DNA of 64,000 nt. Origin: Perkinsus chesapeaki ATCC PRA-425 (lineage: Eukaryota; Protista; Perkinsozoa). The notes under the pieces were generated by a model. It did not search any database. It was not told the origin of the DNA and saw only the letters and a list, made by a program, of their open reading frames with translations. The stretch lies in assembly GCA_013115145.1 (NCBI GenBank), contig JAAPAO010000036.1, positions 50,079-114,078 of the forward strand, read 5' to 3'. The translations under genes and the position numbers were made by a program. Below, piece by piece: positions 27,362-40,026 of the stretch; within the stretch, counting starts at the first letter, position 1, and each line of letters opens with the position of its first letter.

Positions 27362-28807
27362 CATTCACCTGCTTGCCTTTTGGACTGATCGTGATTCAAT
27401 TGTTTGATGTTGAGTTGCCATCGACCGCTTTTTAATGGGATAAACACTACACATCGCCTGGGGAAAGTCTTCTCACAGCCTTTGCATGTAAACCGAGAGC
27501 ACCAGACAAGGTGCTCTAACATGCAAACAGATTTCTGAACTTCTATGATCCACAGAAAAGATCTACGATAATAGTTGAATGAGAACCATGAATGTTAGAA
27601 TGCCGGATATCCGTGCATCGGCGGCGGTTGATTTCTTCTCCTCGAAATCGAAATACGGTGTCTCCCGTGATGTACCACAAGCCTCCTAAGTCAACAACCG
27701 AACTCAAGCTATCAGACGAGCTACTACTACACGTGTGGTTGATTCTTGGCAAAGGAGGGATTCGCGCCCAATTGAGAGCAAAGCTGGAACCGATCTTGAC
27801 AAAATAGCAGCTGAATTGATGCCACATGCGTTAAGGGCCCAACGGCAGGTCGGGCGATCGTTGCATGCATCTAAGATGCCAATGAATGAGCCCGTAAGGA
27901 TCGATGACGGCTACCCCTTTCGAAGAGGAGCTTGCATATTTCATGATAATCTCTGGACATTAAATCGAATAACGTGTCTCGATACGCGGGGTCTCTCGAT
28001 GAGCGCCTAACCAGGCTTGACGTACCTAGCCAAGGTGGAGGTAATATCGAAACGTTCGGACCGAATAAATCATACGCGAGAAAACGCATTTGCCCCATGG
28101 AGCTTTCCAGGTGCAGCTGTCATCCGAGTCACAGTCGACCTCCCCTGTATGCTTGTCACACACTTCGCAAGATTGATCAAAATAAGACTGTGATCGATGC
28201 ATGCAAGCTCAGTCTTGCAAGCTACAGCTTTAGTACGCGTGTTAGATCGTCCAGAGAGGTAACGTCTATCTTCTCGTACAGATTGCATACACGACTATCC
28301 GACAAGGCACAGCCTCCTTGGACGTCCTAAAAGATCATTAGCTTCTCGTAGAACAAAAAACAGTGTTCCTTTACATCCCATTCACAGAATCTCCCTGAGG
28401 AGGATGTCAGGTCTGCCCGGAGGAAGAGACACAACAATACACAAAACATATATAAAAGAAGAGAGGATACGTCACTTTTGATATAGAGATAGCACGGGAT
28501 GAAGTGACCAACTCGACGCTCTCATTGTGAAAAGACCATTGGCTAAGCTGATCGGACACAAGCCGAAACAGGTTGAAGCCTTGCTGAAAGCAAGACAGAC
28601 AATCCGGTCACAACTGACCAGCGGGAGAGAGAGTCTGCAACAACTGTATTCAACATTTAGGCTAATATGGACGGATCATCCTTCATCACGGAGCACAGAG
28701 TAAACTTTAAGTCCGTCACATAATAGCTTAGTTGTTAGGGTTTGTGGAACACGCACTATCCGAGAATAGGTTTATGCCGCATTAATTATGCGGCCGATCG
28801 TAGTTGG

Positions 28808-31800
28808 CTAAATAAACCTGAATACTTCAGCGTGAAAGCCAGCAACATTGTTGAAACTATTGCGGCAGTGCAGATAAGCAGACCAGCAGGCATCTGTAGC
28901 AAAGCGGATAATATCAGTATGATTAATTCGACAATCAACCTTACTCTGCAGTGGAACAGGACCACAAACGAATAACCCGATCTGCTCCTCTCCACCCACT
29001 GAGGGAATGCGCAAATCCACCACCCCAAGATTGAATGAAGCCTCACCTTCCGCGCAGACTCGACTAATATATTGCTTCACATCTGGTATACCATCCTCAT
29101 CGGTATTCATACAAGTAACTGAATGAAACTTTACTGCACTCCAGCAGCTTATCAACACGATAAAGGTTAAAATACAGTCACACTCAGGCGTAAGTCTGAT
29201 AGGAGTCCTGTAGAAAGTAGGTTGGTCGATTATGAGGAGCTGAATTCACCTGGACATGTTACCGTTTCCTGGGGAGACATAGTCAGACAGAACAGGTAAA
29301 AGAAGGTCGCTCATGTCATTATTTCTATGAGGCCAGAACAAAAAGACCTTCTTTTGCATTGAGCTGAGAAGAAGAGAGGGATAGTTGAGGGTAACAACTA
29401 CAATCAGTCGGTACCTAGCCAAAGAGACTAAGCTCATCGCGGGAGTGATCCCGGTCCCACCACAAAGAAACACGATTACAGAATCTAACAGAAGAGGACA
29501 GCCATCTTCAGTGCAACACGAAGTGGGCACAGGCCTAGGAGACACTGACTTTTAGAAAGTACAGCGGGGAGGTTTCCGGCTCCATGAGGGCCAGAGACCC
29601 TAACCGGACGTCCCTCAAGAGCCTCCATATTATTCCACAAGTAGCTGAGACAGGAGAGACAATTCAGCCAAGCCTTTGGCATGCAAAGATTCTTCGGATA
29701 ACAACCTTACGTGCAGAATGGCCCGGGGCTGCGTCCAATAACGAGCCGGAACTCTGCAGTCTTATCGCAGGTGGGTATCTGGGCAATCGATGCACCGTAC
29801 GACTTTCCCTTTGAGACATTAGCTTACGACGGTAAAAGGATGGTAGGTAAGTAGAGGAGGCCCCTGCAGTTGTATACCAACCCATCTACCAGGGAGAAAT
29901 CTGAAATGACTGAGGAATAGACAAAACTGCAAAGACAATACGAACGCACTTTCTATATCGGAAGGCCTTGCTAGATGCCTTGAACTCTAAGCACACCGCA
30001 GAATTTCCCAGAGGAGTGCATCGGGAGATGATGTAATCTGAAGGAATATTAACTCGACAAGATGATCCAATCAACATCGACCCACTTGGTTTAACAAGCC
30101 TTGCGAAGAAAGCCATTTTACCCGGAATGTGCGAGAGAACGGCAAGAGCCAGAATTATGGCAGCAGATATCCAACTACGCCCATTATCTGGGGGATAGCT
30201 ATTTATGAGAGTAGCTAACTGGAGTGTGTGGTATGACTCACATCCAAGGTGTGCAAATATCAAAGATACAGTGACAATCCAGAAGATAATATGATTTGCC
30301 AAGAAAAGATCATAAGGTAGCTGAGAAATAAACGAGGCTATGCAAAACAGTGATGGCCTCAATAATAGCTCACCTTCACGAAAATTGGCAGCGCAGCGCT
30401 CATCGTGGTCGCAACCAGGAAAGCTAAACTAGATATTCCTAGCCTAATATTCCAAAAGTTATAACCACTGTACACGCACTCCGCAATTCTGATATAACCT
30501 GTTATATAACAATGATACGTCGGGCTTACGCGTGAGCAATAACAAATGCCATAGCAAATAAGGTAATTACTCCATGATATCGTATAACCCTCTCGAAGCC
30601 TGGAAACAAAGAAATAACAATAATCACGAGCCTCATCGGCGCTAACGTGATTAACTAGCTCACCCTCGTCAAGCAGTGGCTGGACCACGTTCTTTGATGC
30701 GGCGACTACAGCAATCGATAAGAAGTACACAGCAACTTGTCCGAGGGAGGCTCTGAAGTGAAAGATGAGATGCAGCCGACAGCCAGCCTAATCAAAGCTA
30801 GCATTCGTCTTACGAGTAATCTATCTTATTGCCCCCCTCAGCCTTCACAGCGAACAACAACGCTAAAAGGGGTAAGCAATGATCTCTGGATCAGTGTAAA
30901 GCACAAACAGAAAAAGGAGCCCCCAACTTACCGATGCCAATGACCAATATAGCTGCTAGCCCGAGTAGACCCTAAGTTAAAGAGCTGGATGCCTGGCGTA
31001 GCTCAAATAATACCTTCTTCGAGGGGACTGGTGGAAGCCCGAGAGGTGAATTGAGATAACGGCGTAGAACTATTCTCCCGATAAGTAGAATCTGGGAAGG
31101 GTTAACTAGTAGGATACTAAGGTAAGTTCGTGCTACCAGCCCGGTGAGAAAGAATGCCACGATTGGGCTGGCAATAACCGTAGGGGACTCATCGACCTGA
31201 GGGAATTAATAGAGCAAGCCAATCATATCGTCACTGACGCCGGGAGAACGATCCGGTAGAATACTTGGCTTCTCTGGTTGGCTAATAGTTAAGGGCTGAC
31301 AGGAGCGGATGGTGATAAATAGAGTTCCACTCACCGATAACCTCACTTCGTTAAAAAGAGAAGGGTGTGGTGCCAAGTTTTGTCCTTCAATGGATAGGGT
31401 GCTTGAGGGTCTGGAGTCGAATAATAGATTATGAAATGTAAGGTGAATGTTCCGAGTATCTATATTGTTGAAGGGATGGATACCCACAGCAGCAGGCCAT
31501 CTCCTACCCGCAGGAATAACAGCATATGTGTGGCCCCACGGGGCATACAAAAATGTACCATCTTCTGAGCGAATGCTCTGAGAATAAAATCGGCGTAAGC
31601 ATCGCAAAATAGCGCGAAACTCTTTGGGATTTAATTGCGAATGTTGAGGAAGTAGTTGTGGCTCCCCAGCTGGCACCGACGATCAAAATGACAAAGCTAC
31701 TTACAACATGACAGACGCACTCCTGGCTTCGTCCCAGCGCATCAGCCCAGTCGATGATAGCTCCATTTCTGCCAGTATAAACCCCTATATTAGACGCATT

Positions 31801-32418
31801 TAGAGGTTCGATATCCGATGCAGCTACGGGAAGCAGATAACCACTAAACTGATCCAGGGGACAACTTACTGCACGACTTGTGCCCGACGATGCGAGAGCT
31901 AGGATCCCCGGGGAGTGATCCTAAAGTGGGATAATATGGGAATGCATTGAGTTGGTTCAAAGCATTGGAGGTACTCCGATCCTCATGAAGCGTGCTCATG
32001 ATATTCTCTCTTTGCCCACTATGGATCCAGTAGTTATACAGGCAGCAAGGATCTCCGAGCTCATCACCGTTCGAGTAGCCATCACTGATAAATGAACAAG
32101 AGAAAGACATCTTCTAAGTCGACTTACCCATCGCTGTCAATGGCACACAAGGTGTCAGACCAAACGTGTTGTCCTTTGGCGAAATCTATGCCGAACGGGC
32201 TGAGACCCCCAGTCTGGCTGTGCCCAAAGCGGCGATATCCTGCAATACTTGGACCGCGGAACGGGAGAACCTGCCAACCGATGAAGAAGCGGTAGACTTT
32301 GATGGATGGCCTCCTTTATAGGAAGAGGCCTTGAATTAGCCGAGCCCAGCCTCACCTCGTTGTAAATGGGTAAGCAATCGCAATAGAAGTATATGACGGG
32401 GAGAATCACGGCTCGCAT
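28808..32418 (-). CDS. Temptin-like domain / ferric reductase (FRE/NOX family) fusion protein, paralog A
   Basis: Signal peptide MRAVILPVIYFYCDC; spliced LSPFGIDFAKGQHVWSDTLCAIDSDG|DGYSNGDELGDPCCLYNYW; TM helix YDLFLANH-x13-H; YHPFTVV (FAD); VSGPHG; FLCGGTGITP (NAD(P)H); LFVCGP; C-terminal FHAEVF. Confidence 0.85.
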
Positions 32419-33240
32419 TCTCCGGAGCAAAATCAGAACTTCTGAGTAAAACATCTGTAAGCTCTCAAGAGCAAAGCGACATGCCGAGTTCCGAGTCCGA
32501 ACTCTAAAGCACCTACCACGCTGGGATACTTTTGACATCGGGTAACGGTAAAGACATTCTAAATAGGCTCGTATCGTGATAGATACATCGATGGGTACCA
32601 TCTGTAGATTTTACAGGGTAGAAGATGGCTGATTCTGGTAACAGAGGCCTCATACAGAGAAGTTCTTGGCGGGCAATTGACGAAGCGCAGGTGAATCTTA
32701 CTTTTCGCTAACAGCATGCATAAGAAGATTCCGGTCTTATCTTGCAACTCACACGCGTCCGCCGCGTACGCGTGCGCTCTCCCGCACAAGGAACGTCCCG
32801 CTCCTGATCAACTACTAGGGCAGGGGAATGTAAAGACTCGCAGCAACAGATGACCGACCAGAATCAACTTACATACAGCAGAGCAGATAAAACAGCTACG
32901 AACAGTACAAGCAGAAGGAAGTCCGTTCAAGGAACGCGGGAACCCCCTGCCAAATTGCTGAATACGCGAGCGCAAAGGCAGATGCGTACGTAAGGATTTT
33001 CTGAATCTGTGCGGTAAACGCACCTCGTTATACCCTGCCTCTGCCCGAGAATTGCGATTACAGAGGTATATCGCAGGCTCTTGGCAGTGGCCTGAGGACC
33101 TCTTCCCACATACCGCCCCCTAGGCAGTGCTCAGCTTCTAACGCAAGATCAGAGGGAGGCTAAACACACCAATACGTGGGCATATTGATTGATCTTCATT
33201 CAAAGTCATCGATGTACGAACCATATCGCTCCCGGAGAAA

Positions 33241-36200
33241 TCAGAGGAATCGAAATTGGCAGTCATGAAATGCTCGCAGTGCCGGTGATGTCTGCTTGAT
33301 CTCCGTATAGGCTTTAAAGGCAGACTCTGCATAGTACGCAGTGCACACAGTCTGTTACGTGAAGTCTGCTTCCCACCGGGAAGCAGACTACCACCCACCT
33401 TTCAGACTTTCCGGGCCACACACGAATAATCCAACAGAGTCCCTCGATTTGCCTACGAAAGTTACGAGTGATTAACTCATCCTACTTAATGCCATATGCA
33501 AATTCGTTTACGGTTGTTGTTATTCACACCAGACAGCTAGTGGCGCGCATAGTAGACGACGGAGAGAAATGGAGGTATAAAGCTAGCCTTCGAAACCTTT
33601 GAAATATTTCTTTGGTGATGAGGGTGGCGGGAGACAACACAACGTTGGTAGAGTACGTACACATTTCACCAGGGAAAACTTTACCTTCGCAAAATTCTGT
33701 GATGACTTTTAATAAGTCAGGCCTAGGCCTCCCTTCTGCAGTATTGACAACGGTATCTAGCTAAACCATACAAGTATTCAGTAATTTCCGTACATGAGCC
33801 CTTATCGGTGAGGGCGGCAAGCTGCGAAGACAGTAGCTCTATCATTTGCTTATTGCGAGCGATCCAAAGGACGTTCGGCTGTTGCCCTCGATTCCTAAGG
33901 AAATCAAATACATCAGCCTGTTAGAGACAATGGGTACATTGTGGCTGTAGCGAGTGATAGTGCTGGGGTTATACCCGAGCCTCCACAGATAAAAAGGATA
34001 TCCGAGCCTGGAGACCCACAACTGAGTCGATGGCGGACAAAGGATTGCCCTCTTTTACAAGCTCTCAAAGCAGCTGGTACACCAGCCTCTCCATAAGGCC
34101 CAGTCAGGGTGACTCGTTGACCTTCGAGTGAGGTGCCCGCCTTCACCAGGGAGCTAAGGATCCACAATAGTGTACTTGACTCTAGGTCGTCAGGCAGAGA
34201 CCTTGTGAATGTTGAGGTGCCTCCAGTGGCAGCAGCAATCACCAAGGTAACGGCTTTCTGGTTATCGCTGACGGGTATCTAAGGGACGCATCATGCCTTC
34301 GGAGTGAATACTCTTTACCACTGTGAAAGGGTGCTCAGCCGCTCGAGTTACACTGGGGACGCTCAGCCCCGCCCACTGGCCCGGTTTGAATCTGTCACAA
34401 GCTGGTGGCTTCAACGCCACTGAGAGTTTTACGGGGCCTTTCTTCCGTCTGTTTTTTCAATCTCAAGAAAAACTGCCTTCCCACCAAGTACAATAGCACG
34501 CTTTACGACGAAGTCTGGAAAATCGGCCATCGTAGGCGATCAGAGCGAAAAGGTCGCTCACTAGGGCGGACAAGACGCCAAATAATAACGAGTTTTGCAG
34601 GGACATGAGTGAGCACAGCCACACCTAGGATGATCGCAGCAGCCACACCGCTCCTTTCAGTATCTACATTATTTAGCCAATGTGGAAGAAAGCCGCAACC
34701 CTGTGGTCTGGGATATACCTACTGATCGTATGTAAAATCAATAGAAAGCTGATAATGGTGACCAGCACGACATGAAGCAAACGGAAAAGGTCATAGGTTA
34801 TCTGTGGCAGAATCAAGAATGGGCAAGTGTGACAGGTGGGCTCACCACTTTAACTTGCTGGAATCCTAGCACTGTGAGAATGATAACTCCGAATAATGCG
34901 AGCGCTATGACAGCGTAAACCATATTAGAACCAGGGAACGCGAAGCCAGTGATATATATTTCCATAATACTGAAAGCAGTAAAAGAGTTCGGGAAGGTGG
35001 GTGGGTCAATCAGCGGCGGGCTACCCGTGGGCGATTCCAGCGAACACCGCAAGGTAGGCGAATATAGCATGGTATAGTGGAAGCTGCTCAAAGCCTACAC
35101 AAGGCTATGAGCAGCCATAGCCTGGCCTCCTTCAATAAACTCACCACAATGCAGTACTCTTTCAATAAGGCTTCTGTTTCCCATGGTAATAACGAAAGCC
35201 ATAAACAGCGCGGCCACGTGTCCCAAGGCGGACCTGCAGAGCAACAGGCTACATCAAACAAGCGCAGAGTTGGAGGGCAGCCCACTGGTAGAATATTTTG
35301 TAGTCCCTCTCGGCTTTCAAGGCGAACAGCAAGCCTAAGATGAAGTTAGGCGTATAATGAAACGCTTGGGAACGTGCTAACCTATTCCGGCACCGACACC
35401 GATAATCGTGCAGAGACACTCCTGAATCCAATACCAATGACAAAGGGCCAGAGAACAGCAGTAAAACACAACTCACCTTCGGTGATGGCCACAGAAATAG
35501 TAGGAATCTCTGATTCATACGATTCTTCAGCAAATAACCTCCTACGAAGAGCAGCTAAGAACAACTATAGTTTCAGCTAGAGGGTATATGGCCTGCAAGC
35601 CATGGGGTCTCACCAAGCCAGTTCCGAAGTAAAACACAAGAGGTGAAATGAGGACAACGGTACCGTCGTCGACCTGGCAAGAGAGCACAGCTGGCTCACT
35701 ACAACATTACGTAGAAGAGAAGTACCGTTTGAGAGGGAGCTCGAGGCTTGTCGGGAGAGTCCATGGTAAGAGCCTGAAGAGGTTCAGCTGGTGAGTAGAA
35801 CTCACGGAATGTTAGCTTGAAGTTTGAACTTGTCGAAACCATAAAGGATTACTTACTTCATCGTATCGAGTAGGATGATCTTCAGGGCCAACGGCTCCGA
35901 GAGGTAGGCTGTCAGAGAAGGGTGAGCGACCGAACAGATTACGCGAAGCTAGACGAATCTCACTAATGTCTGAAAATAGGTAGACTAGGGAAAGAGAAGA
36001 TCTAGAATCACTCAAGGACGTATTGGAGACCTTGTACAATACGCCATTACGCCTGTGTAAGGCGCCTTACTATTCGGTATGACTGCATGTCTCTGACCCC
36101 ACGGAACAGTGAGCTGATCGCCGTTATTGTAACGAACGACCTAATAATGAGACGACTGCCGGTTACAGAGACCCCCTCGGGGAGTTGCGCACACAGACTA

Positions 36201-37092
36201 CCACAGTGCAAACGCATTCTTCACTGTCCTTCAGAGCATCGGCCCACTCCACTATGTATCCCGAAGCGGCTCGGCTGACCTTCACTCCCGCTACACTGAG
36301 AGGAGTTGCTATTGGAGAGGCTGAGAACAAATGCGATCTAGTCTGACGGATGGTGCTGTATCTCAACCAAGTTCATACTGCAGGACTTTCTATTCGTAGG
36401 AACTGAGCTCGCATCACCGGGTAGAGTACCTGGAAGGAAGTTCCTATGGACCACGTCTTGATAGGAAGGGCATATTTTGATACAATGGACAACAAAGAGC
36501 TTGGACGAAGGCTTTCGACTCGAAGCATGTAGTAATAGTCTATTGCTAAATGTGTGGAACTAAATCTGTTTTTTGGGGCGAGAGTAAGTTCAAGAATTTA
36601 TCCCGGATAGTTACGTTGGTCTGGGTATAGCAAGTTGCCGAGCTCAGTCGGTTTGCCGTGTGCACGCCAGTAGTTGTAAATGCAACAAGGATCGCCCAGC
36701 TCATCTCCATTCGAGAATCCATCACTGACGGCGAAACTAAATCTGGCGCGGCTCCAGAGGGCAACTAACCCGTCGCTATCTGCTACACAGTAGCGATCTC
36801 GCCATACTTCTCCCGAATCTTCGAATGCATCCCCGAAGCCATTCACATTGTCCTCGGTAGCCGAGTTGCAAGCATCTATGAATGAGATCGTCCTGAAATG
36901 GTGAAAACCATTGGTTGCAATACCATGACCGAAAGTGCAGCAGCCATCAATACAGGCACCATGGAAGGGCAGGACCTGACAGAAATCATCCCTCCAAGAC
37001 TAAGAGATGTTCACCTCTGAATACGACGGATAGCAGGAGAGCCGAGGAAGGAATGGAAAAATGGATATGATGGTTGTATGTTGCCAATGCAT
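33241..37092 (-). CDS. Temptin-like domain / ferric reductase fusion protein, paralog B
   Basis: MHWQHTTIISIFPFLPRLSCYPSYSE|VLPFHG...VNGFGDAFEDSGEVWRDRYCVADSDG|DGFSNGDELGDPCCIYNYW; YDLFRLLH-x13-H; EHPFTVV; LTGPYG; FICGGSGITP; LFVCGP; AFHDCQF; shares checked intron positions with paralog A. Confidence 0.85.
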
Positions 37093-38960
37093 TATAAACA
37101 ATGGAATGTGCTGATCGACAGGCGAAGCAAAGGTACAAACGCTCATTGAAAATGTCCCTCCGTTATGTGCAATGCGGGCCACGGTTTACGGATCTCAGAC
37201 GCGTCGTTATCAAATTCTGGACAAGTCACACGTAAAACGGGCGATGTGTAAAAAGACGTTTCATAAGTTATCACGCGGAGTTATCACGCGGTGCGCGTAT
37301 CAGATTATATCAGGCGGGCGTATCCACTCCTTTAATGAGGTAACACCGGTCCAGGCCCATTGACGTTATGAAAAATCAAGAATGACAACGTGGCGGGGGA
37401 AGATTATTCTGCTCGAATGAGCCTACTCTGCCGAGCAAAACCAGTTAGGCAGCTTCACGCGTGATTCAGGCCCATCACCATGGATATGATCGATGAGACT
37501 AGCGACTCGTCACTTCGGAATTGACTCTAGGGTTACCCTGGGTAAAGGTATTTTTGCAACACGTCGCGTATTTTACAACTCCGTTTTTGTAAGCACTCCG
37601 CTTCTCCCGACTTGGTTTTTGCCGCTTTCGTTTTTCTTTACTAAGTTCACTCCGCTTTTCTTAGCTTCAGTTTTCTTGGCTCCGTATTGCACGGTACGGT
37701 TGCCTTTTTCTATACAATTTCACGTTATCCTTCACGCCTCTACTTTTCTAGCTTCGCTTTCTTCGTCCCGTTCTGCTGAGCAAATTTTTCAAAGGCCATC
37801 GAGGCGGCTTCACGATGGCAACAAATACTAGGGTAAACATTGGATCAGCATACTCCATGCGCAGCAGCCATCAATGTAAGGAAAGACCATGAAAAGGCCT
37901 GCAAGGCCTTCTGTGCGGCCGTGGCATTTATTTCAGTTTGTTGAAGTTATTGGTCTGTCCCGGGAAGGTACATACATCCATCCACGCTCCACCAATGCGA
38001 CAGGAAGGGATAGATCGTGTTCGTTTGATTCGGAAGGCTTCGAGACTTGACTCTCGCATGGGGAATCCTCACTGGCGCAGCCCGACCATTGCCCACTCCT
38101 CAACCGACAGGCATCCTGATGAGCCTTCTAAATTATGAGTAACAATATATGTATGAATACAGTGGACATGTCCTGTACAAAGTACTCCATGTAATGTCGT
38201 GCAGCACAACTTGTGCTGCGAGATCCAGGTACCAAAGCCATGTGCTCCAGCATTCATTTCTGTCATTTCAGTTTACCCAGTTGCAACATGCGCAAAATCC
38301 AGTCGATGTAACAGGCTCAACGACATCGTTCGAAGCCGGATCAAAAAGCACTGGTCGGTTACTCCGAGGTGTGATCCGCGCCACGACATACTTCTCAACG
38401 AAAAGTTCCATCGGATAGTGGAGCGACTTAATCTTCGAAAACTGCCCTTTTCATTGTCGGATAGCGAACGCACCTCCGGGTGTCCACAACCGCCCATCCG
38501 AGAGGCTGAACTTCATGATAGAAGCTTCGTGATCTTCTGCGTGTCGGCATTCGTTGTGTCCTTTCGTGTATGCCTTCGTATAAATTGAAGTCACAGATAG
38601 TATGGCGTGTAGACAGGCCAGCACAGTAGGAAAGGAGACCACACGGATTGCCTCATACTCAGCTAGCAGTCAATATCGAGCCCAAATGAGTCTTGTACTC
38701 TGTGCGGCATACAGCCCATACGAGACGCCTCCGGCTGAGCTAACAAAGTGGCATACTTTGATTGTGTGGTAGATCCGGATCGACTAAGCTACCTAGATCG
38801 CGGCAGGGACACCAGACGGAGCAGATACGCAGACGTGGTGTCACCGCGGATGACTCCCAGTCATTGCTCCTCTGAGTCCGACTGTTCCCGGTCTAGTCTA
38901 TGGAGAAGGCCTGTACTAAATACGAAATGAGTTGAATGTTGAGCTGTTTTCTCTTATATC

Positions 38961-40026
38961 ATGAAGCTGCTCCTCAACACTATCTTCGGCCTCCTCTTGT
39001 TCTCAGATGCGGTTAATATCGTGTATCGAGACTATAAAGAAGGCGATGAATTCGTTGAACCAAATGAGGAGTTTCGTCAATGTCCCATCAAAAAGGGACT
39101 TCCTTGCTATGTCGCAGTCGATGAAGACATAGGCGCTACGGTGAGTTCATGTCGACGAGTCCCTGGATATACAAATTGGTTGCCAAATGCAAGGACGACC
39201 ACAAATCTGCGGCTGATCCACAACTATATCTACGTTTCAGGCGGTTGTCGGCTTCATCGGTATGACATTAAACTACGAGTTGACCCCAGAGGAATTACTT
39301 GCTCTCAAAAAACATATGTAGGGTCAAGGACTTCGACCATACCGCACTATCTATGATGTTCCATTGTGATGCATACCCTCGATCAGGCTACATCCGTCGA
39401 CCAATGCGAAAGTAAACTATGTAGACAATGTAGGTGTAGGAAATCGCGTATTTTAGCTTCTTTCTTAGTTTTGATAGCTCGACGACGACTATACGTTTCA
39501 CTTGAATGCGTGACATGAATATCCTTCACAATACGTCGGTTATGTCTTAGGTTGAGGTCGCCACAAGCTATCAAGGACGTCGTATTGGGACCACTCTGCT
39601 GAAATACAGTCTTAAACTCGTAAGAACATTTGTTCTGTGGTTAAATCTACTGTGCTTGGTCGGCGAGTGTGTAGCACTTTACGTGCTATACACCGTATAC
39701 TCATACGATCTAACAAGTGAGCACCTTGGACCTAAGGTATAACTTACGTTAGGTATAATATTTTCCCCCAAGATAGTAATGTCTGTTGCCGATCAGGGGG
39801 AAAAAGCGACAGACGTCCTTGCTCTCACTCTGGACGTCTGGAAAGTGAACGAAGGCGCAATTAAGCTTTATGAGAGACTTGGTTTCATCAAGTTCATGGG
39901 TGAGCTGGGCAAGATTAGGAGTTCGACTATCAGTGGAAAATCTACACATGAGCTACCTTGCTGTTGCTTCTCTCAGAGGGGGTAGAAGACGCATCTGTTT
40001 GGTACTTTTATGCCTATTATTATTAA
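38961..40026 (+). CDS. GNAT-family N-acetyltransferase with N-terminal signal peptide (GNAT1, apparently intact)
   Basis: Exons: MKLLLNTIFGLLLFSDAVNIVYRD...IGAT | AVVGFIGM...KKH | HPSTNAKVNYVDN | VEVATSYQGRRIGTTLLKYSLKL (motif A, from 39551) | GEKATDVLALTLDVWKVNEGAIKLYERLGF (motif B) | ...AYYY*. Confidence 0.85.

Noticed and set aside
901-37092. Ni/Co transporter and ferric reductases as a metal-uptake gene cluster
   Set aside because: They are ~27 kb apart with unrelated genes between them; no evidence of linkage
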